From: Klebsormidium nitens
Lineage: Eukaryota > Plantae > Klebsormidiophyceae
Direction: 5' to 3'
Assembly: GCA_000708835.1 (NCBI GenBank)
Contig: DF237427.1
Coordinates: forward strand, 1-64,000
DNA length: 64,000 nucleotides
The position numbers were made by a program, and so were the translations under genes. The notes below the pieces were generated by a model. It was given only the letters and a program-made list of their open reading frames with translations. It ran no database searches and was not told the DNA's origin. Below are positions 46,801-56,900 of the stretch, piece by piece (positions within the stretch are counted from its first letter, which is position 1; the number at the start of each line of letters is the position of its first letter).

Positions 46801-48486
46801 CACCGACTTGAGATGTCCCAATATGGGCCCCAATATGCTACGACACCAGGTCCCAGGACGGTCCCGCTTCCGCTTTTGCAGAACTTATCCCCTCGCGAGC
46901 GGTCCTTCCTCGACGCCCAAGCAAAGGCGCTTCTATACGTACTAAGCTTACTCATTCATATAAGACCTCACCTCTTTGAGCGACATGATGATGGTCCCCT
47001 TCTCCCCACGCAGGCTGTTCCGCGCCCCTCCTCTGCTGCCGCTCTTCCTGGTGTGAATACCCCCTCTCTCCGCGTCCATCGAGGTGTGAACTGGCACCAT
47101 CCTGGACCTCACTTCGCTGGCCCCCCTGCCAAGAGTTCGCTTGCACTTTCTGCTGCAGCTCCTCCAATAAGTCCGCAGAATGCGCCTGACCAGCGGCACG
47201 GTCGGCCCCCCTTTGAGTTGCACGACGTTCAAATGACGCCCACTGAGAAAAGGTTAGAACCAAAGCTTAGGGCCACAGGTTAGAATCAAACCAACATCGA
47301 GCGTGTAAAGCTTTTGCTTATCCAGTAAATGCGCTGTACGGGTCTGTCCGGCTGCACGGTCGGCCCCCCCCGGAGATTCAAAGACGCCCGCTGAGAAAAA
47401 GGTTCGAACCAAAGGTTAGGGCCACAGGTTAGAGCGAGAGGTTATGCCAAACTAACACTGAGAATGTAAACGTTTTCGCTCCTCTGAATCCGCTGTACGC
47501 GCCTGGCCGGCGGCACGGTCGGCCCCCCACTAAGTTGCGGGACGCTCAAAGGACGCCACCTGAGGAGGTTAGAACCAAAGTTTAGGGCCGAAGGTTAGAG
47601 CCAAAGGTTCGAGCGAAACCAACACTGAGAGTGTAATTCTAACGCTGCTTAACGAAATTTGCTGTATGGGCCTGGCCGGCAGAACGATCGGCCCCCCTTG
47701 GAGTTGCGCGAATGACGCCCGCTGAGAAAAAGGTCAGGACCAAAGGTTTGAGCGAAAGGGTAGAGCCAAATCAGCGGTGAAAGTGTAAACCCTTTGCTCC
47801 TATGATCAGTTAGCAGTGTGTGGGCCTGGCCGGCTGCACAGTCCGCCCCCACTGGGTCGTGCGGCGTTCGAAGGACGCCCACTGAAAAATGATTATAACC
47901 CAAAGGTTCAGAGTTAAAACCTAGAACCAAACCAACATTGAGAGTTGAAACCTTTGACTCTTCTGAAAAGTCAGGCACATGCCTGGCATGGGAGGTCGGC
48001 CTCCCGCTGAGTTGTGTGGCGCTCGCACGACGTCCACTAAGAAACAGGTCAGAACCAAAGGTTGGCGCAAAAGATTCGACACAAACCAACACCAAACATA
48101 AAGACCTTTGGCGCCTCTAACAAGTCCGCGGTATGCACCTGGCTGGCAGCTCGATCGGGGCCCCTCTAGGCGGCGCTACATCCAAGAAATGGCATCGTGC
48201 TAGGCAGTTGGACATGGACTGGACTAAAAGCAGTCAAATGCCCGAAAACTAAAGTCTGGTTGAGGTTCGTGGGATTGTGTGCGTCATGATCAAGCATAAT
48301 GGCATATCTCCTTCCGGGATGAGCAAGCTAAAGGCAGAGGGCACCTCAAAGAAGGCTTCGATGGGATAAAAGTGCTTAAAAATACGGACATGATGCTCTC
48401 ACCTGCTTCTCTAGCTCCTCAAACTTGAGGAGAGCCGCGTCGGCCCCCGACGGCAGCTGGGTAGCTACGTCCCCCTGGGAGCCCAT
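19887..48486 (-). CDS. Giant E/A/R/K-rich coiled-coil protein of unknown function, 30 exons, about 2683 aa
   Basis: Exons 5' to 3': 48486-48403, 47242-46972, 46667-46483, 45065-44775, 44303-44138, 43001-42679, 41778-41521, 41073-40657, 39996-39136, 38066-37920, 37428-37267, 36490-36343, 36064-35796, 35229-34990, 34566-34280, 33677-33515, 32883-32659, 31874-31686, 31187-30751, 29594-29426, 28970-28833, 28244-28142, 26808-26585, 25984-25829, 24986-24795, 24180-23923, 23380-23172, 22419-22098, 21626-21486, 20903-19887. All introns are GT-AG and phases match at every junction; total 8052 nt. It starts MGSQGDVATQLPSGADAALLKFEELEKQ and ends RARIQQAARALQDETR. A few donor choices are ambiguous by 1-2 codons, and small missed exons are possible. 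Confidence 0.85.
22715..23235 (-). repeat. Tandem array: 3' end of exon 27 plus donor region, 1 functional and 3 decayed copies
   Basis: Anchor ccttgtcc/cctt at 23191 (exon), 23037, 22880 and 22726; spacing 154, 157, 154. Copy 2 still encodes AAKAEVEGAVLDKDAELAK and keeps an AG|gtaagc donor at 23017. Confidence 0.9.
25564..25612. repeat. 12-bp minisatellite, 4 copies, in intron 24
   Basis: (g/c)tttgatt(c/a)gta four times. Confidence 0.85.
26700..27700 (-). repeat. Tandem array: acceptor region plus 5' end of exon 23, 1 functional and 5 decayed copies
   Basis: Anchor acgaccct at 26801 (exon), 26991, 27176, 27361, 27537 and 27688; spacing 190, 185, 185, 176, 151. The copies translate to variants of GRLALEAARKERAETGTALAEVARRERSVAA. 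Confidence 0.9.
29520..30150 (-). repeat. Tandem array: acceptor plus 5' end of exon 20, 1 functional and 4 decayed copies
   Basis: TGCAG acceptors at 29595 (used), 29720, 29867, 30007 and 30144; spacing 125, 147, 140, 137. Intronic flank cagacattccgttga is also repeated. Confidence 0.9.
31790..33260 (-). repeat. Decayed copies flanking exons 17 and 18 (5' copies of exon 18; both 3' and 5' copies of exon 17)
   Basis: Exon 18 5' anchor cttcc(t/a)(g/t)ag at 31871, 32059 and 32237. Exon 17 5' anchor accgctcc at 32832, 33019 and 33201. An exon 17 3' copy at about 32500-32590 encodes ERDVASKGAECAEREETMSRLL. Confidence 0.85.
34202..34246. repeat. (AAACC)n microsatellite in intron 15
   Basis: aaaccaaaccaaaccgaaccagaccaaaccaaaccaaaccaaacc: 9 units, 2 imperfect. 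Confidence 0.95.
41690..42330 (-). repeat. Tandem array: acceptor plus 5' end of exon 7, 1 functional and 3 decayed copies
   Basis: Anchor gatgc at 41759 (exon), 41937, 42133 and 42305; spacing 178, 196, 172. The outermost copy still reads IEASALAALQEAADRKEEAATFLSKQRAVQTRAAE. Confidence 0.9.
43042..43234. mobile_element. MITE-like element, about 193 bp, with 40-bp imperfect TIRs and a G-rich core, in intron 5 of the coiled-coil gene
   Basis: Left end ctggtaactaaagagtgacttaacagcggggtgacttaag versus reverse complement of the right end ctggtaactccggggtgacttaacgggtgagtgacttaag. The internal core is shared with 61181-61255. Confidence 0.7.
44990..45850 (-). repeat. Tandem array: acceptor plus 5' end of exon 4, 1 functional and 5 decayed copies
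   Basis: Copies of VADEMITAAESLRAEAERA start at 45065 (exon), 45211, 45373, 45533, 45680 and 45836; spacing 146, 162, 160, 147, 156. All keep CAG acceptors except 45680 (CAA). Confidence 0.92.
47180..48190 (-). repeat. Tandem array: acceptor region plus 5' end of exon 2, 1 functional and 5 clear decayed copies (a sixth is faint)
   Basis: AG acceptors at 47243 (used), 47391, 47560, 47722, 47882 and 48037; spacing 148, 169, 162, 160, 155. Each unit has about 60 nt of exon-like sequence (cggtcggcccccc core) plus intronic aggttagaaccaaag repeats. Confidence 0.9.
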
Positions 48487-51400
48487 GATTCCTGACCACC
48501 AATTTATCTAGCGGGAACTTCCCTGTGGTTAAAAGGTATATGATTGGAATGAGTTTATTTCCCCACCAACTACAGTGTGTTATGCATGGGAGGTCGCTCG
48601 TTAGCCAAGTCCGAGACAAACCCAAACGGTTGTTCAATCGAAGCGGTCAATATCTTCTGTGTAAGGGCGGGAGCTCCTTGGTAATCAGTTCAAATTTGGA
48701 GATCTCAACTTGTAGAATTGATTGCAGAAGCGTTGTGGTCCTGTGATGGGCTATGTACTTTGTACAAAGCCAATGGCAGGGGAGCTAGCAATCCTAGGTC
48801 CAACGCAATAAGAAGCGATGATGCTGGGATGAGTGCATTTGCCAGTTCACACTCAGGTGAGTCGTCTCTATGACACTTTCTGTAGGAAAGCAAGAGATTA
48901 CGGGTGAAAAGCAATGCATAACCTTGATTTGTGGCGCGCTGACTATTCTCCAAACATGGATAGCTTTGATTGCGACGGAACAGAGTTGGCGTACCAACAG
49001 ACTTTTCACCCATCAGAAGCTATCCAGATCGCTTGCAGTAAAGGGTTACCTATCATAAGCAGACGTGAACCTTTTAAAAAGACTGATGGGTTACCCTTGA
49101 GGAGGTATTGAGTGGTTGGTATCCATATAACATCAGGAAGGCAACAAAGACTCGAGTACGACAAGAATGTAGAAAGCTTCTGCATTGATATTTTTCATCT
49201 CAGAAGGGAAGACCATGAGATTGAAGCTGCACTCACCTCTGAAACTCTGTACCTTAACCTACGGAGGCCCAATGAAGGCACCAACTCCCTAGGCAGTTCC
49301 CAGGCGATTGCGAGCTCTGGCGAAAGCTACGGGGATCAATTGGTGCACCCTGTTACTAAGCCAAAACACAGCTGGAGGAAATATCCAGAGCTCAAAATTG
49401 CAGAAGGCCTGGGCTTCAATATTTGCGGCATACGATGCATAGTGTGCTGTTTTGGGCCCTTGTTCCAGAACTTGTTGGAATTTTGAGCAGCTGCTTGCGA
49501 ACACAAGTGAAATTACCAGCTGCTTAGACCGTTCCACGACCTTTTCGCTCATGATAGCTCAATTCTCTACGCAATGGAGAGCTGTGCATGTCAAAATCGG
49601 AAGCTGATTGCGCAGGACGCCAGCTGTGCTGTTGACAGCTTCTGCCTCTATTGCTTCATAAACACATGAACAGAGCTACCCAGAAATCACACTCCCAGTT
49701 GCTGGAAGGGGCCCCATCTCCCAAGAGCCCGGGGGCCGCCTCGGGAGGCTTCAGGGAGCTCCCTCGCGCCTTTGCCGGGTTTTGCCTTCGTCCTTCGTCC
49801 TTCATTCTTGGAGCTCCTTCCAGCTCCTCCTTGAATGCGCTAGCTTGCAAGCTAGAGCCTAGTGGCAGTCTAGTGCGTTCATAGAGAATGGTTGCAAACC
49901 CTAATTTCAAGGCCGCCCCGGGTGAGACGTATTACTGATTCTTACCCGGAAAAAAGGCCAAAAAAGTCCTCACGAAAAGGGAAACACACCTTAGGCTTGA
50001 TGAGAAATGTTTAGAATCCGTTCCCTTCAATGTCAGGAAGGCTGTCGGGTAGCGCCACCCAGCTTGAGCCTACACAATGAAACTCGTGCATTGTGCTGGC
50101 TTCGCTTTAGAACTTAGAAGTTCAAGTTGTATTAGAACTCCTTTTGACCTGGAACTGCAATTTGCAAATTCCGTGCAAGCGAGAAGTTGCCTGCGTATCG
50201 CTCACAACTTGGAATCAAGGAGCTGCCAAGGACGGTTTCTTTCAAATAGCTGGCTTCCCGTGGGCTTCTCAGTTGGCGCTGCGAGGCGCAGGGCATTCCG
50301 CTCTGGCTAGCGTCGCCCATTTCCTGATGGGCAAAGTGCAACCAGAATTGCAATTGTCCTTTAGTTGGAGCTCAGCCCTATGCGAGTAGGAGGCATCCCC
50401 CCAAGGCGTGCAGGCCGGCAGGTGCTTCTTGCGTCCCTGGCTGAATGATTGCAGAAGGCTGGGTTGCCGCTGCCTACTGCAAGGCTTCTCCAGAGGAGCA
50501 GGAGTGGATATGGGCAAGAAAGACCAGCGTTGCGCCTGTTGTTGCAACTCAGAATTCTGCTTCTCACCAGAGCTTTACACTGACGTCCCCTCCCAAGGAC
50601 CCCCAAGATTGGGCCTCTAGCTTCAGACGGTTCTCCCCGCTGGACCTGAATAGGCCCTTGATGTTTAAGGTATTGCCGTCATCAGGCCTGGGGCGCCTTC
50701 CACTCCAAGCGTCAGTGGTAAGTCGGAAGAAGGGCACGCATCAGACACTTGCCAGCTGAGCTGGGTCTTATTTGAAACTTGCGCTTGGAAGCTTGGGTTC
50801 TGGGCCCGCTCGCCGCGCAAATTTCAATGCTTCCATTTAGCATGGCCAAGGAAGCTTGAGCAACTGACAACCTGCGCCGTGGGGTTCAAGGGCCCTTCCA
50901 GGTGAGTATCAGAGGTGAGTTCCAGGAAGCATTCATTTATTAAGACAGGAGGAGGTTGGAATTGCGCTTGTAATGCAGTTGCAAGTGACTGAAGGATAGG
51001 AGTCAGACTGGCGCGACTGGGATCGCTTGCAAAGGTCCTGGAACAAAGAGGAGGAAATTTCATGCTGACCAAGTCGAATATACTCTCAGAAGAACAAAGA
51101 AAATGCTTCGGAAGGACTTCGGAATTGCAATTCCTGTTGGACGCTGAACGGTTAGAACCAAAGAAAAGGGGCCTTCGTTTTAGACATCTCCTTGGAAGAC
51201 CTGACCGCGTTGGTTGGAAGCTTTTCCAAGCGGTGCAATCCGAGGCAATCGAGGCGCGCTCTCTCAGCACAGAGCAAAGTGAGTGCCATCCTCGAAAAGC
51301 GCCTCTGGCTCCATGTATTGAAAGATGAGGCGCCTGGATCAAGAGTTGCAGAAGGATTTGATAGAAGAGCTTCATGTCAAAGAGGCATAAGGCCGCAGCA

Positions 51401-53953
51401 CCTGAGTCAGCGCCCCCCGATCCACTCCTGGTAGCTGAAAAAGACTGCTTTTTTCCAGTACATGCTGACATTAAAGTTCGGCACTTCTGTGCTTGAATCC
51501 AGTATCTCATGGTCGATTTTACGTTGACTAAGGGGGTCGCTCTTAGGACAGACTGAAGAAGGTCGTAGTGATCAACACAACAAGCTCGCTTTATTAAGAT
51601 TGATTAGTCAAAGAGAGTTGTCATAGGGAAGTGTCTGATGTAGTTTGGCACTGAATATCCCTATAATTTGGCCATCATCCTTGTTTTCTGACGGTTCATC
51701 ATGTTCTTTAGAGGAGTCACGACGTGCAACTGCACGAGAACAGATAGTGGCGTACATGTTTGTCATCTATTGTTCCAGCACCCAAGATGGTGCGAAAAAG
51801 ATATGTAGAGCGTTACGCGCATGCCTCCTAGGACTGAGGCATTTGCAAGATGATCGAACAAAGCGCGGCCATTCTGGTCTTTGGTTCGTACTATAGGAGT
51901 CTGTTTGTTCGGGTTCAAATTGGGTAATTAAGCCAGCTTTAGACAATAAACTCTTAAAATATATGCCGCCCTTGACACAACGCAACTTCACGTTGAAGTT
52001 TTTCCTCGAACCCAGGCCTGAAAAAAATCCCCAAAACGGGGCTCTGGATTCGCCAATTCAAGTTGAAGCAGTGATTTCAATGATAGCCTGCAATTCCTGT
52101 TACTAGTTGCTTGCATCCTTTTATACAAATCTTGAAACATTCATTAGGGATAAAACAGGCCGGTGTCTCTTAATTGAAATGGGCCGTCCTCGTTGGCATG
52201 GTCGCTCGAGTGTTTTAGGGCGGGAGTGCGAAGGTGGATGGAATATAATTGTGTGCCGGCCGTCTAGCTCCGGCCGCGCGCTTAAGAATACCAGAGTGCC
52301 CATGTGCATAAGATTAACTGACCCGTTTTGAATTGAGTGGGGTCGAGCCAAACGATGAGTACTTTAGCAGAACGCTGACATAATAAGGTAGCTAGATTCA
52401 ATTGAGTGCGTTGAAGCGCCGCGTGCTCGGCCGACATGAGCACAAGCTTTTCCGTTTGCTATCATAGATTGTGGACTAACTCCATCGGGCTTATTAGCCT
52501 TGGGGTAATTGAATGATTTAAATAGTTGACCGGCCCGGCCCGGGCAACATCTCTTTCTAGTACTGAGAACGGGCATGGCAGGATCGGCATGCAGATTTAA
52601 TCATTCTAGCCATGATGAGCAAAAATGGTCGACCGTATCAATGGATCTAGTCCGGTCGTGGAAGTCTACTTCAATTCCTTGACCGGACCGCGCCAGGCTA
52701 TAATTTTAGCCTTCAACTGAAGCGCATCATTCACTTGCATATCCATCTCATCATCGGATTCACTGAGTCATATTCTCATATTCTGCATGTGGTCGATCAG
52801 TACACCTAGTGCATATGCCTACGTATCGGCCGCTAAGTTGATGCAAATGTTACAAATCGTACCTAATCATACAGTGACACACATTGAAGCGTGCTATTTT
52901 TTCAACTAGCTAATTCAATAACCTATGGGCCGCCCGGATTTAGTCCAAAACGTGACCGCGCTGCGTAGGAGACGCGCGTCTTCTACGTACTGCGTATCCG
53001 CGACCGTGGAACTGTCTCTTAAGCTTTCGACTGGTCACGAGTTAATAGCTTAATCACCTGGATAGGCCATTATTGTAAAGTTAATTCAGGATTGGCGTGC
53101 AATATATACTTACCAGTACTACCTACGGTAGGTTTGATCCAATTGAACTGAACTTGTGCGGCGGTCTTACATTCGATATACAACATTTTGGCGGCCACAC
53201 CTATGATGCTAGTACGTGTACAAGACTCTGCACTAGCATCGCGCCAAACTAGGTATGTATGGATGTCGATCGGAATCTCGGAATGAATGGAGTTTAGTCT
53301 TGTCACTTCGGAGGCCGGGTCAGGTTGACTCCAAACGCGCACGATTTACAGCCTCCACTGTCGCGGACGTATATAGATGCTGGTCAATTAGAGCTATTCG
53401 GATGCGCCAAAGATCACGCTTCGTGATTACTTCTACTAATAATGTGTGGCAATAAGGGTGTTCATAGATAGATGAAAGATATCACGGTCGACTTTTCTCA
53501 TATTCTCATACGTATCTTGTTCCTTATTTCCGCAGGTCGCCTCGTGGATGGTGTATACGTCTGAATATAAGGCCGGAGACGGGAGACGAAGTTGAATGGA
53601 ACAGTAATGGATACCCAAACTTCTCCAGTCTGAGTGGGGGGACTGTGTTCTGAGCGAAGTCATCGAAACGTTCATTTCAATCAATTCTGAGGTTGCACCT
53701 CGATGAGCTTTACGCCAAAAGCAATGTCACTTATTTGTCTTGCTGCGCAGCTGAATTGTCTCAATCTTATTATATAGCCTGTACTATGTCACACATGCAG
53801 AAAACAACCTGTTCATGTCTAACTTTACCACACGGTCAGAGGACTGATCTGAAAAACAGTCCCAGAAACTCTCAAATCCTTTTGGCACCTGTCAATGCAT
53901 TTATGATTGTCGGCCGGAACCTGATTTTATGCTCAACTCGAATGTACAAGTAT

Positions 53954-56900
53954 CTAGTCAAGGCCGAGCCTCTTGAAGAGGTGCTCAAAGATGCCCTGTC
54001 CAGAGACCAACTCTTGGGCGACGAACCCAGCAATGGCGATCATAGCCAACCGGCCGTTGTTCAGCTCCTTGCTCTGCATGTCCTTCTTGGCCGCGGGGTC
54101 GGTGGGCAGGAGGCCGAGGGGGTCTGCGGAATTTGGAACAAGGGCTTGTCAGTCTCCGTCAAAGTGAAACCAAAGCGAAATTTATCGTCACATCGCCATG
54201 CCTATTCAAACCGACAGAGATAGTTTGTTGATGTGAAAGAAGCTCACTTTATCTGAAGGTCAATGGCAATTTGGACCAGTCAAGTCGACTTCCAAAATAT
54301 GAAACTGGGCACCAGAGTTGAGGTCCGGGACGGTGTGCGAAAGCGACGAGAGATAGACCCGTAATGTCCGTTCCTTCCATCACCCAATATGTATGTTCAG
54401 GTTCGAACCTTGAAAAGAAAGCAGGGTATGCAAGTCGGTCGATAAGATCACGTTGTAGCCGGTGTTAGACCAAATCAGGCAAGGTAGCGGAATCGAACAT
54501 GCCAGCTTACTAGTTTCGAATTTAAAAGGTGGGGCCCACAATTATGTCCATACCCCCAGGGGATGCAAACAACTCGAGGAGTTAACCCAGATTGCGTAGC
54601 TTGTAAAACCTCAGGGTCGTTAGAATCTGGACTGAGATACATTGCACTATGCCTCCCTCCAAAGTTCGTCGATTCATGAAAACGTACCACCTACCCTTTC
54701 GTCCATTCTGATTCTAAAAGTTTCTCCGTTTCGAATATGAGAAGTGGACAAATCCACCATACTCACCGAAGCCCAGGTTGCCGGGCTCATAATCCTCGCG
54801 GAGGGTGTTGAAGTTGGTGGAGTCGGGGGTGGCCCAGCCAAGGCCCACACGGTAAGACTCAGCAAGCGCAATGGCGAAGATCAGGGGCTCCCAGAAGATG
54901 GCGCCTTCGTTCTCGACCTGCTGGAAGTGGTAGATGGCGGGGCCTGCAAAAACGAGACTTTCAACCAGAGTTAGAATACTTGCACCGGAGGTTCCGATTT
55001 TCTCAAGATGAAATCTGGATTTTGATTGGGTAAAGCCAGGAGAATATATGCAGTTGACCCTTGGCTAAAAATGATGGATAGAATTGCAGCATGTGTGCGA
55101 TGCTTTTTAGTTGACACCTCTGATATTAGGAATCTCAAGAATACCAAGGTCTTGAGGGGACCTGAGATCCACACAACCTGATCAATGTTCTGTATTCTGT
55201 TCAAAGAGTATTGAGTCTCTCGATTATGACTTCCTCAACAATGAAAAACGACAGAAGATTCGCACGAAACAGAATCAGTGTGCTCCAAAGCCGCAAAGCC
55301 CAAGACCATATCTGGAATCCCTAGAAGCAGAAACCCAAACATTGGTTTGTTGAAGAGCACCTTTGAAAAAGGGACCAAAACCAGAACCTTTTTGACCACT
55401 CACCAGTAACGTGGGGGAAGAAGCGGGCGGGGAAGTCCTCGACCTGCTCGCCGACAATGAAGCCAAGGGTGGCAAGCATGGCAACGCGGCCGTGGACAAT
55501 CTCAGACTCGCGCCACCTCTTGAGCTCCTTGACTGCAGAGTATTGCAGACTTTGGTTTAGTATGTGGGTTAGGGTTCGGCCAGGAAGAGCTACTGGCAGA
55601 AGTGGCACTTGATGAATTGCAATCCAGAGGGTAGATCTCTGCGACGAACGACTGGCCCAGAGTAAATTGTGAGGTCAGTTTCATGGCATAGGTTTGGTTA
55701 TTTACTGCAGGTCGGGGGTACTCCGGCTCAATACAGTGTTCAGTTGCTCTGAACACTGCCGGATGACCAAGTTGGTTGGAAAAATCTTTGGGGCAGTAGT
55801 GAGGAGTTGTCTTCCTATGTGCAGGGAAGTTTTCCTGAGCATAATCTCCTCGCGCTATTGAATTGAATCAGCTTGGAATAACCTGCGCAAGTGTTACTGC
55901 TCTTCTTTCTTGATGACGATCATACTGTGTAAATTTTGGGGTATCCAAATCTGTCTTAACTAATACGCTCTTCTGTCTCAACCTCGTATTGTATAAAGCT
56001 TGGGACATCCTCAATCTGCATTCCCTAGGTTTGCTTGCCTTAAGCTCTTGCAACCGGTTAATCACAAAGGCTTGGCAACTCCTCATATCGAGTCTACAAC
56101 CAGGTTGTACTGCAGGTATCGACCAGCACTATCTAAGATATAATGTACTTTGTCTTGACCACATTGGCAGACAGCCAGTCAAAGAACCGACCAGCGAACT
56201 TAAGCCTCTGAGCACGAGACCCCGTATTTTCATCCCATGCTTGAAGCAAGCCTCAAAAAGCCTGTACATCTGAAGACTAGACCGAGGGCGATCCAGGAAT
56301 GCAAGCATAAGAAGAAGAGGAACCACTTACTGGGGCGGGCGCTGGAGGCAGCGCGGGCGAGGAGGGTGGCAGGGTCCTGAAAGAGAATAAGTGACCACAA
56401 TAAGAAACCGAATGTGGACCGATTGCAATGCAGGGTTGTGTGAGTTACTTATGAGGATGAAAACCCTCACTAAGGTGCCAATGCAAAGCTTTACAACAGA
56501 ACATGGCTGCAGCATATGGCTCCACCACAGGGAGAGGAAATCAGATCCTTGATCAATGAGCGCTGCAGAGATGCTCCACAAAGAAAGCGCAGAGGGACAA
56601 GAGCATACTAACTATGCTTTCATCTGGGGAGTGCTCTCGAAATTCGTAGCAAACAAGAAACATCCAGGAGGAATGCAGATTATCTGAGGACTCGACAACC
56701 ACGTGGTCTCAAGAGTGAAGGTGGGACTTACAAAGATGTTGGGGAAGGGCAGGGTCACACCGGGCAGATCCTTGGCACTGGAAGAAAGAAAGAGACTTGT
56801 TCAGCTCAGTGCATTCATTTCAGGTGAACGAGATGCGGATGTCCATGTCTTAGCAGCACGTGACTGTGCTTTTGAAAAGTGGAAAGTGTCTTAAGACAAT

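Noticed and set aside
22715-47243. Echo copies as Dscam-style mutually exclusive exon clusters
   Set aside because: The copies are partial and carry only one splice site of the pair. The cases I checked (23018-23096, 46324 copy, 38232 copy) are phase-incompatible or frameshifted. Not excluded for every copy without RNA data.
47180-48190. Regularly spaced repeats superficially like a CRISPR array (also 44990-45850)
   Set aside because: The context is a eukaryotic intron. Whole units, including the 'spacers', are homologous and divergent, the repeats match the neighbouring exon, and there are no cas genes.
19887-48486. Identification of the giant protein as NMCP/CRWN lamin-like, myosin, kinesin or SMC
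   Set aside because: No motor or ATPase motifs are present. It is more than twice the usual NMCP length, and I saw none of the conserved NMCP tail motifs.
52964-52987. 24-bp near-perfect palindrome cgtaggagacgcgcgtcttctacg
   Set aside because: It is isolated in a palindrome-rich intergenic tract, with no supporting element ends or gene context.
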